Shown here piece after piece: positions 51,045 through 61,618 of a stretch of 64,000 nucleotides of DNA. The DNA is taken from contig CALDLQ010000093.1 of the NCBI GenBank assembly GCA_937914955.1, positions 19,489-83,488 of the forward strand, read 5' to 3'. Source of the stretch: an uncultured Prevotella sp. (GTDB lineage: Bacteria > Bacteroidota > Bacteroidia > Bacteroidales > Bacteroidaceae). The position numbers and the translations under genes are program-made. The notes under the pieces are model-generated. The model searched no databases. It saw only the letters and a list, made by a program, of their open reading frames with translations, and was not told the origin of the DNA. Position 1 is the stretch's first letter; every line of letters begins with the position of its first letter.

Positions 51045-52511
51045 ATGAATTACGGACAATTTTTGAATATGTTACCGGAAGTTTATCTCATTGGTATCCT
51101 TCTGTTGGTGTTTTTCTGGGATTTCTTCAGCACCAAGCCCAAGAGCGAAGGTGCTGAGCCTGTGCGTCGCAATTTGTTCAACTCGTTTGTGGTGTGTCTC
51201 ATGACTGCCTACGTGGTGTTGTGCTTCTTCGTCACTCCTGCCGAAGCATTCGGTGGCATGTACGTCAGCACGACGGCTGCCCACGTCATGAAGATCATTC
51301 TCGGCCTAGGTACGGTCATTGTGCTCATCCAGTCGAAGGCATGGATCACCTGTAGCGAGGTCAACGGTCAGAACGGTTCGCGCGAAGGAGAGTTCTACAT
51401 GCTGGTGGTTTCCACCCTGCTGGGCATGAACATGATGATGTCGGCCGGACATTTCCTCTTGTTCTATCTTGGCCTCGAAATGGCCAGCATCCCCATGGCT
51501 TGCCTGGTGGCTCTCGACAAGTACCGCAAACTCAGTGCTGAGGCTGCCGCCAAGTACATCCTCACGGCAACCTTCTCCAGTGGCATCATGCTTTATGGCC
51601 TTACGTTCATCTATGGTGTGTGTGGAACGCTCTACTTCAACGATGCCGCAATGGCTCTCACGGGTGGGCTCAACCGCACCATGGCCATCATGGGATTGGT
51701 GTTCTTCTTCAGCGGACTGGGCTTCAAGATTTCGCTGGTTCCCTTCCACTTCTGGACAGCCGACACCTATCAGGGTGCTCCCACCTCTGTTACCGGCTAT
51801 CTGAGTGTCATCTCCAAGGGTGCAGCCGCCTTTACGCTCTGCACCATTCTGATGAAGGTGTTCGCCGCCTACGTTGAGCACTGGCAGATGCTGCTCTACG
51901 TGGTCATTGTGCTCAGCATCACAGTGGCCAACCTTTTCGCCATCCGTCAGAGCGAGCTCAAGCGCTTCATGGCCTTCAGTTCCATCTCACAGGCCGGCTA
52001 CATCATGCTGGCCGTTGTGGGCAACGACAAGATGGGCGTAGCCGCGCTCATGTTCTACGTGCTGGTTTACGTAGTGGCCAACCTGGCTGTCTTCACGGTC
52101 ATTGCCGCCGTTGAGGAGCGTTACAACGGGCGCACCGACATGGCCGCCTACAACGGCTTCTACCAGACCAACCCCAAGCTCGCCTTCCTTCTTACGCTGG
52201 CGCTCTTCTCGTTGGCTGGCATTCCGCCGTTTGCCGGTATGTTCAGCAAGTTCTTCGTGTTCATGGCTGCCGCCAACGACGGTTCCTTCGGAGCCTACTT
52301 CGTAGTGTTTGTGGCATTGGTCAACACGGTGGTTAGTCTTTACTACTATCTGCTCATTGTCAAGGCCATGTTCATCAAGGGTTCCGACCATCCGCTGCCC
52401 ACATTCCGCAGCGATGTCAACACCCGCCTTGCACTTGCCCTTTGCACTGTCGGCATAGCCCTCTTCGGCATTTGCTCGTGCATTTACGACTGGCTCTATG
52501 CTGCCGCCTGA
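51045..52511 (+). CDS. nuoN: NADH-quinone oxidoreductase subunit N
   Basis: [29 protein letters not shown]. Confidence 0.96.
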   Translation: MNYGQFLNMLPEVYLIGILLLVFFWDFFSTKPKSEGAEPVRRNLFNSFVVCLMTAYVVLCFFVTPAEAFGGMYVSTTAAHVMKIILGLGTVIVLIQSKAWITCSEVNGQNGSREGEFYMLVVSTLLGMNMMMSAGHFLLFYLGLEMASIPMACLVALDKYRKLSAEAAAKYILTATFSSGIMLYGLTFIYGVCGTLYFNDAAMALTGGLNRTMAIMGLVFFFSGLGFKISLVPFHFWTADTYQGAPTSVTGYLSVISKGAAAFTLCTILMKVFAAYVEHWQMLLYVVIVLSITVANLFAIRQSELKRFMAFSSISQAGYIMLAVVGNDKMGVAALMFYVLVYVVANLAVFTVIAAVEERYNGRTDMAAYNGFYQTNPKLAFLLTLALFSLAGIPPFAGMFSKFFVFMAAANDGSFGAYFVVFVALVNTVVSLYYYLLIVKAMFIKGSDHPLPTFRSDVNTRLALALCTVGIALFGICSCIYDWLYAAA

Positions 52512-52549
52512 ATGAGCTTTGAGAATGGCTGAATCAGGCCATCCCAAAT

Positions 52550-52613
52550 AAAAAAACGTATTCTGCAGGTTGAAAACTTTATGTAGCTTTCGCCTGCAGA
52601 ATACGTTTTTTTT
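52550..52613. terminator. Bidirectional terminator between convergent genes
   Basis: aaaaaaacgtattctgcagg...cctgcagaatacgttttttt. Confidence 0.85.
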
Positions 52614-52673
52614 GTGGTCAGGGGGCTTTTGTGCTTCCCTTTTGGGCTTTGAGCCTTGACAGTCTTAACGTTC

Positions 52674-54557
52674 CTATCTGACCACCACTTTCTGGCCGTT
52701 CACGATGTAGATGCCTTTCTGCTGTGGTTTGCTTATCTGTCGGCCTTGAAGGTCATAGACGGTCTTTGTTTCTGTTTGCTTTTCTGAGCCAAGGCTTTCT
52801 ATTCCGTTGGTGCCATAGCGCAGCACGTTGGCTTTGGCTGCGTTGGCGATGGTTCCTGTGCGTGTGTCCACCAGCATGGCTACGGCATAGAGTTGTCCTT
52901 TGTCCTGCACGAGGGCGTTTGTCGCAAGGTCCATGTCGTGGACGTAGTGCTGGGTTTCTCCGCAACTGACGGGCAGGCTGATGCTGCCCTCAATGCCGTC
53001 GTTGATGCCCGCGATGGCAATGGCCACGTGGTTGTACTCCATATTGATGTAGCGTGGTCCGAATACATATTCGCTCAGGTCGTCGTCCCAGCCTTCGTCC
53101 TCTTTCCCGTAGAGTCCGTTCACCTGCAGCCAGTTGTTCTCTTCGCCTTTCAGCCCGTTGGCCGTCATCACCAGGATGAGCCTGTAGGGCGTCTCGTCGG
53201 CGGAGTAGCGGAAGGTGGTGCCTACGTCTATTCTCACTTTCTTCTCCGTCGCATCCGTCCACTGCGCCTTCAGGTCGATGTCGGCCAAGGCCGTCTGTTC
53301 GAGGGCCTGTTCCACCAACAGGTTGGTGGTGAAGTGTTTGTAGAAGATGTCCGTTCCCAAGTAGGGGTCGCAATCGATGAGTCGGTCGATGCTGGCCGAA
53401 GGCACCCCCGATGCTGCAGCGCGCTTCTTGATGTTGCTGTTGGCATATTCGCGCAGTATCATGGGGTCGTCGTTCGTGCCGCCCGTATGCACGGCAATGC
53501 CGATGAACTTGTCGCCAAATTCTTCTTCAAGCATGTGCATGCCCGCGATGCCGCGTACACAGTTTGGACACCACGAGCCCGTGAATTCTTCCATCACTGC
53601 GCGCTTCCGGGCTTTCCGCTCAAGCACTATGAGCGACGCGTCGGCCTTCCTTGCCTCGCTGGCGTTGGCTTGTCCGTCGGCCTTGGTGATTTCCAATTCA
53701 TATTTGTAGAGTCTCGCTTCGGCCGGAACACTCAGGGGTATGAGCACCTTTCGTGTCAGCCCCAGTTCGTTGATGGGTTTCTCCAGGTTGAGTCGCTTCT
53801 CAGCATCTTTGCCCGTCCCTGTGCGCACCACGTAGTCGATGTTGCTGAAGGACTTCGTGCCCCAGTTGGTGAGGGTGGCCTCGAGCGCCGTTTCGGCCGT
53901 GCCCTTCATCACCACCATCTCGCCCAGGTTGGCCACGTCGATGGCCACCGGTTTCAGCGTTCGGCCGCTCACCAGCAACTGCATGGCCAGCGCGCCGTAG
54001 CTCTTCTCCAGGTTGGTGGTCCATCCGTAGATGTTTGAATTGTCCTTCACGTCGTCGCGTTTGCCCGACGCCAGCATGTCGCAGGCGTTGTCCTCGGCCA
54101 TGGTCAGCGTGAATCCCGCATAGACGCTGGCGTAGCGGTTCGAACCGGGAAGGGGGGTGTAGGGCTCGTCGAAGAGCACCTCTGTGGGGGCGCCGTCGTG
54201 CAGTTGGTCGCGCAGCTGGCTGACGGGAATCTCCTTGATGCACACGTCGGCGGCGTCGTTTTTGAAGGTTTTCACAGAGAGCCACACCTTGGCTGCCGTC
54301 ACCTTGGTCTTGTCGCTGATGTAGAACCTCAGTCCCTGCACTTGGCAGTCTTTCAGTTCGGTCTGGTTGTAGGCCAGCAGGCGTATGGCGCACGTGTTGT
54401 CGCCTTGGGCGAACGAGCCGACGGGGGTGAGCCCCATGTCAGAGTTCCACATTCCCCACCATGCCTGTCCGTCGGCAGGCTTCACTTGTGCGCTTGCTCC
54501 GATGGCCACCGCAAGCAGCATCAGCATAACTAGTAGTTTTCCGTTTGTTTTCATCAT
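52674..54557 (-). CDS. Secreted Omp28-like thioredoxin-fold protein with a T9SS-type C-terminal domain
   Basis: Signal peptide, 'EEFTGSWCPNC.RG', 'IAVH', 'YNHV', C-terminal 'YDLQGR...KGIYIVNGQKVVVR'. Confidence 0.8.
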   Translation of the reverse strand: MMKTNGKLLVMLMLLAVAIGASAQVKPADGQAWWGMWNSDMGLTPVGSFAQGDNTCAIRLLAYNQTELKDCQVQGLRFYISDKTKVTAAKVWLSVKTFKNDAADVCIKEIPVSQLRDQLHDGAPTEVLFDEPYTPLPGSNRYASVYAGFTLTMAEDNACDMLASGKRDDVKDNSNIYGWTTNLEKSYGALAMQLLVSGRTLKPVAIDVANLGEMVVMKGTAETALEATLTNWGTKSFSNIDYVVRTGTGKDAEKRLNLEKPINELGLTRKVLIPLSVPAEARLYKYELEITKADGQANASEARKADASLIVLERKARKRAVMEEFTGSWCPNCVRGIAGMHMLEEEFGDKFIGIAVHTGGTNDDPMILREYANSNIKKRAAASGVPSASIDRLIDCDPYLGTDIFYKHFTTNLLVEQALEQTALADIDLKAQWTDATEKKVRIDVGTTFRYSADETPYRLILVMTANGLKGEENNWLQVNGLYGKEDEGWDDDLSEYVFGPRYINMEYNHVAIAIAGINDGIEGSISLPVSCGETQHYVHDMDLATNALVQDKGQLYAVAMLVDTRTGTIANAAKANVLRYGTNGIESLGSEKQTETKTVYDLQGRQISKPQQKGIYIVNGQKVVVR

Positions 54558-54674
54558 TTTCTCTGTATGTTATTGTTTTGGGTTAGCAATCTTGGCTACA
54601 AAGATACAAAAGAAAAGCAAAACCGCAGCATGTTTCCCTCTTTTTTCTTCACCGTCCGCCCACAAAGCAGAGGC

Positions 54675-54719
54675 AAAAAACGAGAAGAGGCTGGAAAACG
54701 CTCCGTTTCCCAGCCTCTC
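54675..54719 (-). terminator. pgk terminator
   Basis: agaggctggaaaacg/cgtttcccagcctct stem with a T-tract on the minus strand. Confidence 0.7.
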
Positions 54720-54774
54720 GCCATGAGAAGAATAGATTCTTTATAAAATCATCAACTTCCGGTCTTTCGTCTCC

Positions 54775-56046
54775 TTACTCACCCTTGATGGCAGCCACAC
54801 CGGGGAGCACCTTGCCCTCGATGGCCTCGAGCAGAGCGCCACCGCCTGTAGAGATGTAGGAAACCTTGTCGGCCAGTCCGAACTTGTTGACACAAGCCAC
54901 CGAGTCGCCACCGCCAATCAGCGAGAAAGCGCCCTCGGCAGTAGCTTCGGCAATGGCCTCGCCGATGGCGCGGCTGCCTGCTGTGAAGTCGTCGCACTCG
55001 AACACGCCTGCGGGGCCGTTCCACAGAATGGTCTTGGCACCCTTGATGGCGTTGCGGAAGTCTTTCTGGCTGTCGGGACCAGCATCAACACCCTCGAATC
55101 CCTCGGGCACGTTGTTGGCCGGGCAGGTGATGATTTCCGAACCGGGCTTCACGGTCATTGTGCCGAAGTCCAAGCCGTTGGTGGCGGTGCAGTCCGAACC
55201 GAGCACCAGTTCCACGCCGTTCTTCTTGGCCAGCTCCTCTACGCCCAGGGCAACGTCCAGCTTGTCCAACTCGACGATGGAGTTGCCGATCTCGCCGTTG
55301 TGAGCCTTGGCGAAGGTGTAGGTCATGCCACCGCAGAGGATGAGCTTGTCAACCTTGCCCAGCAGGTTCTCGATGATGCCAATCTTTGAAGAAACCTTCG
55401 AGCCACCCATGATGGCCACGAACGGGCGCTTGATGTTCGACAGCACATTGTCAACAGCCTGCACCTCTTTCTCCATGAGCAGACCCAGCATCTTCGAGTC
55501 GGCGTCGAAGTAGTCGGCGATGACGGCCGTAGAGGCATGCTTGCGGTGAGCCGTGCCGAAGGCGTCCATCACGTAGCAGTCGGCATACGAAGCCAACGTC
55601 TTGGCAAACTCCTTCTGGCTGGCCTTCATGGCCTTCTTGGCCTCGTCGTATTCGGGAGTACCCTTCTCCACGCCCACGGGCTTGCCTTCCTCTTCGGGAT
55701 AGTAGCGCAGGTTCTCAAGCAGCAAGGCCTCGCCCATCTTCAAAGCGGCAGCCTGCTCCTGAGCCTTGGCGCAGTCGGGAGCAAAAGCCACGGGAACGCC
55801 CAAGGCCTTCTCCACAGCCTCGCGAATCTGTCCGAGCGACAATTTGGGGTTCACCTTTCCTTTGGGCTTGCCCATGTGGCTCATGATGATGAGGGCACCG
55901 CCATCGGCCAGAATCTTCTTCAGCGTGGGCAGTGCGCCGCGGATGCGGGTGTCGTCGGTGATGTTACCATTCTCGTCGAGGGGTACGTTGAAATCTACAC
56001 GTACGATTGCCTTTTTGCCGGCAAAGTTGAATTCGTTGATAGTCAT
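54775..56046 (-). CDS. pgk: Phosphoglycerate kinase
   Basis: [41 protein letters not shown]. Confidence 0.99.
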   Translation of the reverse strand: MTINEFNFAGKKAIVRVDFNVPLDENGNITDDTRIRGALPTLKKILADGGALIIMSHMGKPKGKVNPKLSLGQIREAVEKALGVPVAFAPDCAKAQEQAAALKMGEALLLENLRYYPEEEGKPVGVEKGTPEYDEAKKAMKASQKEFAKTLASYADCYVMDAFGTAHRKHASTAVIADYFDADSKMLGLLMEKEVQAVDNVLSNIKRPFVAIMGGSKVSSKIGIIENLLGKVDKLILCGGMTYTFAKAHNGEIGNSIVELDKLDVALGVEELAKKNGVELVLGSDCTATNGLDFGTMTVKPGSEIITCPANNVPEGFEGVDAGPDSQKDFRNAIKGAKTILWNGPAGVFECDDFTAGSRAIGEAIAEATAEGAFSLIGGGDSVACVNKFGLADKVSYISTGGGALLEAIEGKVLPGVAAIKGE

Positions 56047-56604
56047 GATGTAATTACAATTATAATGATTAGAATTTTTGATTGAAACTACGTGTTTGTT
56101 GTCTTGCTTTGGTTTTATCCGTCAATAATCGTTTTACCGTATGCAAAAATACGACAAATTCTTCATATTCCGCCATACCTGACGTTTTATTTATTCTTTT
56201 TTTGCACACCACACTTGTCGTCAACGCCGCGAATGCTATTTTTGTGCCATCAACGCCAACCACAGTGGCAACGGGGAGCGTTAAACTCGGAAAACGCATT
56301 GCAAATGCTGACATTCACTGCTGAAGGATTGCCATTGCAGTAAATCATTGCGGACGCAGGGGCAGAGGACCCGAGAATGGAGGCAGCGTGGTTTTGAAAA
56401 ATCATGAAGTTTTAACAGTTCCCCTCTGAAGCATTCTGGAAGTGAAATGGCTGTTAGTTTGCTCATTTTTGCCGTTTTGTGCATTGCGCATTTTGCGAGA
56501 AATGTGCAAAATCGTTGATTTTCCACTCGAAAATGCCGTTTTCGAGTCCATTTTTTTCGTTTTTGTGGTTGTTTTTGACAGCAAAAAACGACTGTTAAAA
56601 AAAA

Positions 56605-56667
56605 TAACTCACGACGATATTTTCGTAACTCACGACGATATTTTCATAACTCCCGATGCTGTTTTTC
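56605..56667. repeat. 21-bp direct repeat x3 (third copy degenerate)
   Basis: taactcacgacgatattttc(g/a) twice, then taactcccgatgctgtttttc. Confidence 0.85.
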
Positions 56668-57124
56668 TAAAGTGCTGAAATGGTGCATTTTAACAAAAAT
56701 GCGATTTTTCGCATCTTTGGCGGGAAAATGTTCTTTGCTGGTTAGACGGCCCTTTTTATGAGGGTAAAATGGTATGTTTTCTTTACATTTTAACTAACCT
56801 ATATTGTTCATACGTTTCTTGTTTTACGCTTCGCGCCTTTAACAAAACAAAGTAAAACAAAGTAAAACCAAGAAAAACCGGATGGGTACAATTAAAAACC
56901 TGTTTTTCCTTGTTTTTATTGGTTTTTATTGGTTTTTGGAAAGGCGCGTAGCGTAAATCTTCTTTCTTTGTGAATAATTCAAGTTTGAGACGATATGAAA
57001 GGGTGGGGAGTTTTTGTGAGCGCGTTTTTTGTACGTTTCGATAATTATTTGTACCTTTGCCGAAAACTGTTGGAAGTCTGGAAAGAGAGTTCATAGTATG
57101 GGCTTTTAACTTATAAGATACTGA

Positions 57125-57160
57125 CCCCACCCCCAACCCCTCCCCTACAAGGGAGGGGAG
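57125..57160. repeat. REP-like G/C palindromic element
   Basis: ccccacccccaa-cccctccc-ctacaa-gggagggg. Confidence 0.7.
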
Positions 57161-57184
57161 AGTTCACAGGGGGATTTTTGTGGG

Positions 57185-57269
57185 AACAGATACAGACGAG
57201 CAGACAAGCAGTTGAACGGATGAACGTACGAGCAGATGAATAGATGAACAGACGTACAGACGAACAGAA
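57185..57269. repeat. Degenerate 8-mer tandem repeat
   Basis: gaacagat/acgagcag/gaacagac-type units. Confidence 0.7.
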
Positions 57270-57292
57270 ACCTCTTAATATATTTTGAAACC

Positions 57293-57718
57293 ATGCAAAG
57301 TGATCCCAAGCTGTGCCTCTATTGCACCAACAACCAAACCTTGCACGACCTGATGATTGAGATTTGTCCGCTCACAGTGTCGCGCGCATTTCTTTTCAAG
57401 GAGCAAACCTATCGCGGCCGTTGCCTTGTGGCATACAACGGTCATGTGAACGACCTCAACGAGCTGTCCGACGAAGAGCGCAACGCCTTCATGGCCGATG
57501 TGGCCCGTGTGACCCGCGCCATGCAGAAAGCTTTCAATCCCGAGAAAATCAACTACGGCGCCTACAGCGACAAACTCTCGCACCTGCACTTCCACTTGGC
57601 TCCCAAATATGTGGATGGGCCCGACTATGGCGGCACTTTCCAAATGAACCCGGGCAAGGTGTATCTCTCGGACGAGGAGTATCAGCAAATGATTGAGCAA
57701 ATCAAGGCAAATCTCTGA
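57293..57718 (+). CDS. HIT-family protein
   Basis: HLHFH triad, 'KINYG'; -7 box at 57052-57059. Confidence 0.9.
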   Translation: MQSDPKLCLYCTNNQTLHDLMIEICPLTVSRAFLFKEQTYRGRCLVAYNGHVNDLNELSDEERNAFMADVARVTRAMQKAFNPEKINYGAYSDKLSHLHFHLAPKYVDGPDYGGTFQMNPGKVYLSDEEYQQMIEQIKANL

Positions 57719-57720
57719 TA

Positions 57721-57783
57721 GTTTACGGTTTACAGTTTACGGTTTACGGTTTACAGTTTACAGTTTACGGTTTACGGTTTACA
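57721..57783. repeat. Heptamer tandem repeat gtttac(g/a) x9
   Basis: Read directly from the sequence. Confidence 0.95.
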
Positions 57784-57804
57784 GATTTAAGAATACAATT
57801 TATT

Positions 57805-58179
57805 ATGAAAGCAATTAGTACAGCCAAGGCCCCTGCGGCCATCGGTCCTTATAGTCAGGCCATCGAGGCCAACGGATTTGTTTATGCCAGCGGACAGCTG
57901 CCCATCGACCCGGCAACGGGAGCTTTTCCTGAGGGTGGCATCAAGGAACAGACTCGGCAGTCGCTGCTCAACGCGCAGGCCATTCTGCGCGAGGCCGGAC
58001 TCGACCTCTGCAACGTGGTGAAGACCACCGTGCTGCTGAGCGACATCGCCAACTTCGGCCCCATGAACGAGGTGTATGCTGAAATGTTCAGTGCACCGTT
58101 CCCCGCCCGCTCGGCCTTCGCCGTGAAGGATCTGCCCAAGGGGGCGCTGGTGGAAATAGAGTGCATCGCTGCGAAGTAG
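57805..58179 (+). CDS. ridA: RidA/YjgF family imine deaminase
   Basis: APAAIGPYSQA, SGQLP, PARS, VEIE.IA. Confidence 0.93.
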   Translation: MKAISTAKAPAAIGPYSQAIEANGFVYASGQLPIDPATGAFPEGGIKEQTRQSLLNAQAILREAGLDLCNVVKTTVLLSDIANFGPMNEVYAEMFSAPFPARSAFAVKDLPKGALVEIECIAAK

Positions 58180-58218
58180 GCGGCCATGGCTAACACATGT
58201 ATTTAGAGCATTGGGTTG

Positions 58219-58872
58219 ATGAAAGACTCTGTGATCATTGTGAGTGGCGGTATGGACAGCATTACGCTGCTCTACGACTATAGGGAACGTATCGCCTTGG
58301 CCGTTTCGTTCGATTATGGTTCGAACCACAACGGGCGCGAGATTCCTTTTGCGCGGTTGCATTGCGAGCGGCTGGGCATTGAGCACGTCACCATTCCCCT
58401 AGGTTTCATGCACCACTATTTCAAGAGCTCGCTGCTCGAAGGAGCCGAAGCCATTCCTGAGGGCAGCTATGCCGACGACAACATGCAGAGCACCGTGGTG
58501 CCCTTCCGCAACGGCATTATGCTGAGCGTGGCCGTGGGAATGGCCGAAAGCCGCGGATTGCACCATGTGATGATGGCCAACCATGGGGGCGACCACGCCA
58601 TTTATCCCGACTGCCGGGCTGAGTTTGTCAGTGCCTTCGACGAGGCGGCCCGGGCCGGCACCTACATCGGCGTGAGCCTGCTGGCCCCCTACACACATCT
58701 CACCAAGGCCGACATCGCCCGTCGAGGCAAGCAGCTGGGCATCGACTATGCCGAGACGTGGAGCTGCTACAAGGGCGGCGAGAAACACTGCGGACGCTGC
58801 GGCACCTGTCTGGAACGTCGGCAGGCGCTGGCCGAAGCAGGCGTGGAAGACCACACAGAATATGACGAGTGA
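58219..58872 (+). CDS. queC: 7-cyano-7-deazaguanine synthase
   Basis: SGGMDS, VPFRN, YPDCR, TWSCY, CG.CGTC.ER. Confidence 0.97.
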   Translation: MKDSVIIVSGGMDSITLLYDYRERIALAVSFDYGSNHNGREIPFARLHCERLGIEHVTIPLGFMHHYFKSSLLEGAEAIPEGSYADDNMQSTVVPFRNGIMLSVAVGMAESRGLHHVMMANHGGDHAIYPDCRAEFVSAFDEAARAGTYIGVSLLAPYTHLTKADIARRGKQLGIDYAETWSCYKGGEKHCGRCGTCLERRQALAEAGVEDHTEYDE

Positions 58873-58889
58873 AGAACGGCGAATGATGA

Positions 58890-59939
58890 ATGAAGAATAA
58901 AAGGCGCATTCCAAGGACAAAGGATGAACTGAAGCACAGATGGAAAGTGTTCAGCCGCTGGCAAAGGCTTCCCCACAGGGTGAAACCTCTGTCAACGGCT
59001 GAGCACGATTGTCCCACCTGCCATACCCACTATCAGGGAAACTTTTGTCCGCGTTGCGGACAGTCGGCGGCAGTGGGGCGCTACTCGTTCAAGAAGGCTT
59101 TCTTGCTCTTCCTCGATGTGTGGGGCATGGGCAACCGTGGCATGTACCACACGTTGCGCGACCTCATGCTTCGTCCGGGCTACATGGTGCGCGACTATCT
59201 CATGGGCATGCAGATGGCCTATTTCCCGCCGTTCAAGATGCTGTTTCTGCTCACCACCTTGTCCATCATCGTGGCCAATGGACTGAACATCAGGGGGCTG
59301 GTAAAGGAAGATGCTAAATCGGAATCATTTACAGACTTGTTCGGAGAAGACGACGAAAACGAAAAAAGCGCTTCTCTGAAGAAAAGTGACGCTGCACTGA
59401 AGGTTGATACTGTGAGCATGGGCGACTCGGTTGACAGTGGCAAGAAGAACATGGTGGTCAAGAACGTGAGTCCCGTACAAACAGAAATCAAGGTCAAGAA
59501 GGGGGAGGGCAGTTCTCTTATTGCTCCCAAGTTCAAGAAATTCGACAGATATTTGTGGAAGTTGCGCGAGAAGTTCCCCAACATCGTCAGCCTGCTGCTG
59601 CTTTTCCTGCTGTCGGGATTCTACTATCTTTTCTTCCGCAAGATGAAAACCATCGAAAACATCTGTTTTTCGGAGTTTTTCATTGCCAGTGTCTATTTCT
59701 CCAACATGATGTCGATCCTGGCCATCGTGTTCTCGTTTTTCTGCATGAGCAACAGCATGCTGGCCTATTTGTTGCCAGTAGTCATGCAAGTGGTTGCGTT
59801 TAAGCAGTTCTCGGGCTTCAGGCTGAAGAAGGTCGTTTCCCGAATGTTAGCTTCCGTTTCGCTGGCTGTGCTGACCGCAACACTGTTTGTTGCTCTTTAT
59901 TTGTTCACACTGATGGGGCTTTCTGCCTTGATGGAGTAG
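58890..59939 (+). CDS. DUF3667-like zinc-ribbon membrane protein
   Basis: CPTC...GNFCPRCGQ, 'RPG.M..DY..G....YFPP', several TMs. Confidence 0.8.
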   Translation: MKNKRRIPRTKDELKHRWKVFSRWQRLPHRVKPLSTAEHDCPTCHTHYQGNFCPRCGQSAAVGRYSFKKAFLLFLDVWGMGNRGMYHTLRDLMLRPGYMVRDYLMGMQMAYFPPFKMLFLLTTLSIIVANGLNIRGLVKEDAKSESFTDLFGEDDENEKSASLKKSDAALKVDTVSMGDSVDSGKKNMVVKNVSPVQTEIKVKKGEGSSLIAPKFKKFDRYLWKLREKFPNIVSLLLLFLLSGFYYLFFRKMKTIENICFSEFFIASVYFSNMMSILAIVFSFFCMSNSMLAYLLPVVMQVVAFKQFSGFRLKKVVSRMLASVSLAVLTATLFVALYLFTLMGLSALME

Positions 59940-59966
59940 GCACTCCTCTTGTTTCCCTCTTGTTTC

Positions 59967-61397
59967 TTATCCGAAAAGTGCGCGCAGGGCTTCTTCCACC
60001 TTGCGCACAGGGTGCAGCTCTATGTTGAATTTCTTGCGGTTGAGCCCCGACAGGTTGTATTGGGGAATGATGATGTGGCTGAAACCGAGCTTTTCGGCCT
60101 CGGCAATGCGCTGCTCAATGCGGCTGACGGGGCGCACCTCGCCGCTCAGCCCCACCTCGCCAGCCATGCACCAACCGCTCTCGATGGGCGTATCGACGTT
60201 GCTGGAGAGAACGGCCGCGATGACGCTCAGGTCCATGGCCAGGTCGGTGACGCGCAGGCCGCCTGCAATGTTGATGAACACGTCTTTCTGCACAAGTTTG
60301 AATCCCACACGTTTTTCGAGCACGGCCAGCAGCATGTTGAGCCGACGCTGGTCGAACCCAGTGGCCGACCGCTGGGGGGTGCCGTAGGCGGCGGTGCTCA
60401 CCAGGGCCTGCGTCTCCACCAGGAACGGGCGTATGCCCTCGATGGCGCTTGAGATGGCGATGCCCGAGAGTCCGTCGTGGTCTTGTGTGAGCAGCAGTTC
60501 CGATGGGTTGCTCACTTGGCGCAGCCCCGTCTGCTGCATTTCGTAGATGCCCAGTTCGGACGTTGAGCCAAAGCGGTTCTTGATGCTGCGCAGAATGCGG
60601 TACATGTAGTGTTGGTCGCCCTCAAACTGGATGACCGTATCGACGATGTGCTCGAGTATCTTCGGGCCGGCCAGGGTTCCCTCTTTGGTGATGTGTCCGA
60701 TGAGAATGACGGGGATGCCGCTCGACTTGGCAAAGCGGAGCAGGGCAGAGGCGCACTCGCGCACCTGGCTGATGCTGCCGGGCGAACTGTCAACGTCCTC
60801 GGTGCTGATGGTCTGTATGGAGTCGATGATGACCAGGTCGGGCACCACCTCCTTGATGTGGCTGAAGATGGCTTCGAGCGAAGTCTCGCACAATATGAGC
60901 AGGTGGTCGGAGTCTGCATCGAGGGCCGCTGCTTGGTTGGCGTCGGGCTGTGGGTGCCTGACAATGCGCTCGGCCCTCATTTTCAGCTGGTGCTGGCTTT
61001 CCTCACCGCTCACGTAGAGAATCTTTCGGTCGGTTATTTGCAGTGCAGTCTGCAGTGAGAGTGTGCTCTTGCCGATGCCGGGCTCGCCGCCCAGCAGCAC
61101 GATGCTGCCCGGCACCAGCCCGCCTCCCAACACGCGGTTCAGCTCCTCGTCGTGCATGTCGATGCGCGGTTCGTCCTTGGCGCTGATGTCGCGCAGCCGC
61201 ATGGGCTGGTTGCGGTGGCTCAGCCGTTCGTTGCGCACGGTGGTGGCTGCCGAGCGGGCGGCCATGGTGCCGCTTTCGTTGGCAATGCGTATTTCCTTGA
61301 AGGTGTTCCACTGTCCGCAGGCGGGACATTTGCCTATCCACTTTGCACTCTCTTGTCCGCAGTTGGAGCAGACGTATGCTATTTTGTCTTTTGCCAT
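59967..61397 (-). CDS. radA: DNA repair protein RadA/Sms
   Basis: CSNCG...CPACG, GGEPGIGKSTL, KNRFG, GEVGLSGEVR. Confidence 0.98.
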   Translation of the reverse strand: MAKDKIAYVCSNCGQESAKWIGKCPACGQWNTFKEIRIANESGTMAARSAATTVRNERLSHRNQPMRLRDISAKDEPRIDMHDEELNRVLGGGLVPGSIVLLGGEPGIGKSTLSLQTALQITDRKILYVSGEESQHQLKMRAERIVRHPQPDANQAAALDADSDHLLILCETSLEAIFSHIKEVVPDLVIIDSIQTISTEDVDSSPGSISQVRECASALLRFAKSSGIPVILIGHITKEGTLAGPKILEHIVDTVIQFEGDQHYMYRILRSIKNRFGSTSELGIYEMQQTGLRQVSNPSELLLTQDHDGLSGIAISSAIEGIRPFLVETQALVSTAAYGTPQRSATGFDQRRLNMLLAVLEKRVGFKLVQKDVFINIAGGLRVTDLAMDLSVIAAVLSSNVDTPIESGWCMAGEVGLSGEVRPVSRIEQRIAEAEKLGFSHIIIPQYNLSGLNRKKFNIELHPVRKVEEALRALFG

Positions 61398-61552
61398 GAT
61401 TCGAAGCCGAATGAGTTGGTTGTTTTTCTTGAAAAGTGATGTTGTTGCTGACAAAAGTACAAAAATATTTTTTTACTTTCAAAGGTTTTTATTAATTTTG
61501 CACCGTCGAAAAGGAATTCGGCTAATATCGCACATTAATTTTATATCAACCG

Positions 61553-61594
61553 AAGGGCGACTCTCGTTTCTGAAACGCTGGGTAGCCCTTTTTT
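61553..61594 (+). terminator. Terminator-like hairpin in the 5' leader of the substrate-binding protein gene
   Basis: aagggcgactc..cgttt-ctg-aaacg..gggtagccctt followed by a T-tract; -7 box at 61493-61500. Confidence 0.55.
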
Positions 61595-61618
61595 CAAAAA
61601 AAACTACGGACGTAAGAG

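Noticed and set aside
56605..56667. Direct repeats here and at 12062-12129 as mini-CRISPR arrays
   Set aside because: The units are contiguous with no unique spacers, and no cas genes are present.
58180..58218. preQ1 riboswitch upstream of queC (or queA)
   Set aside because: The spacer is very short and lacks a recognisable preQ1 stem and A-rich tail; queC appears co-transcribed with ridA.
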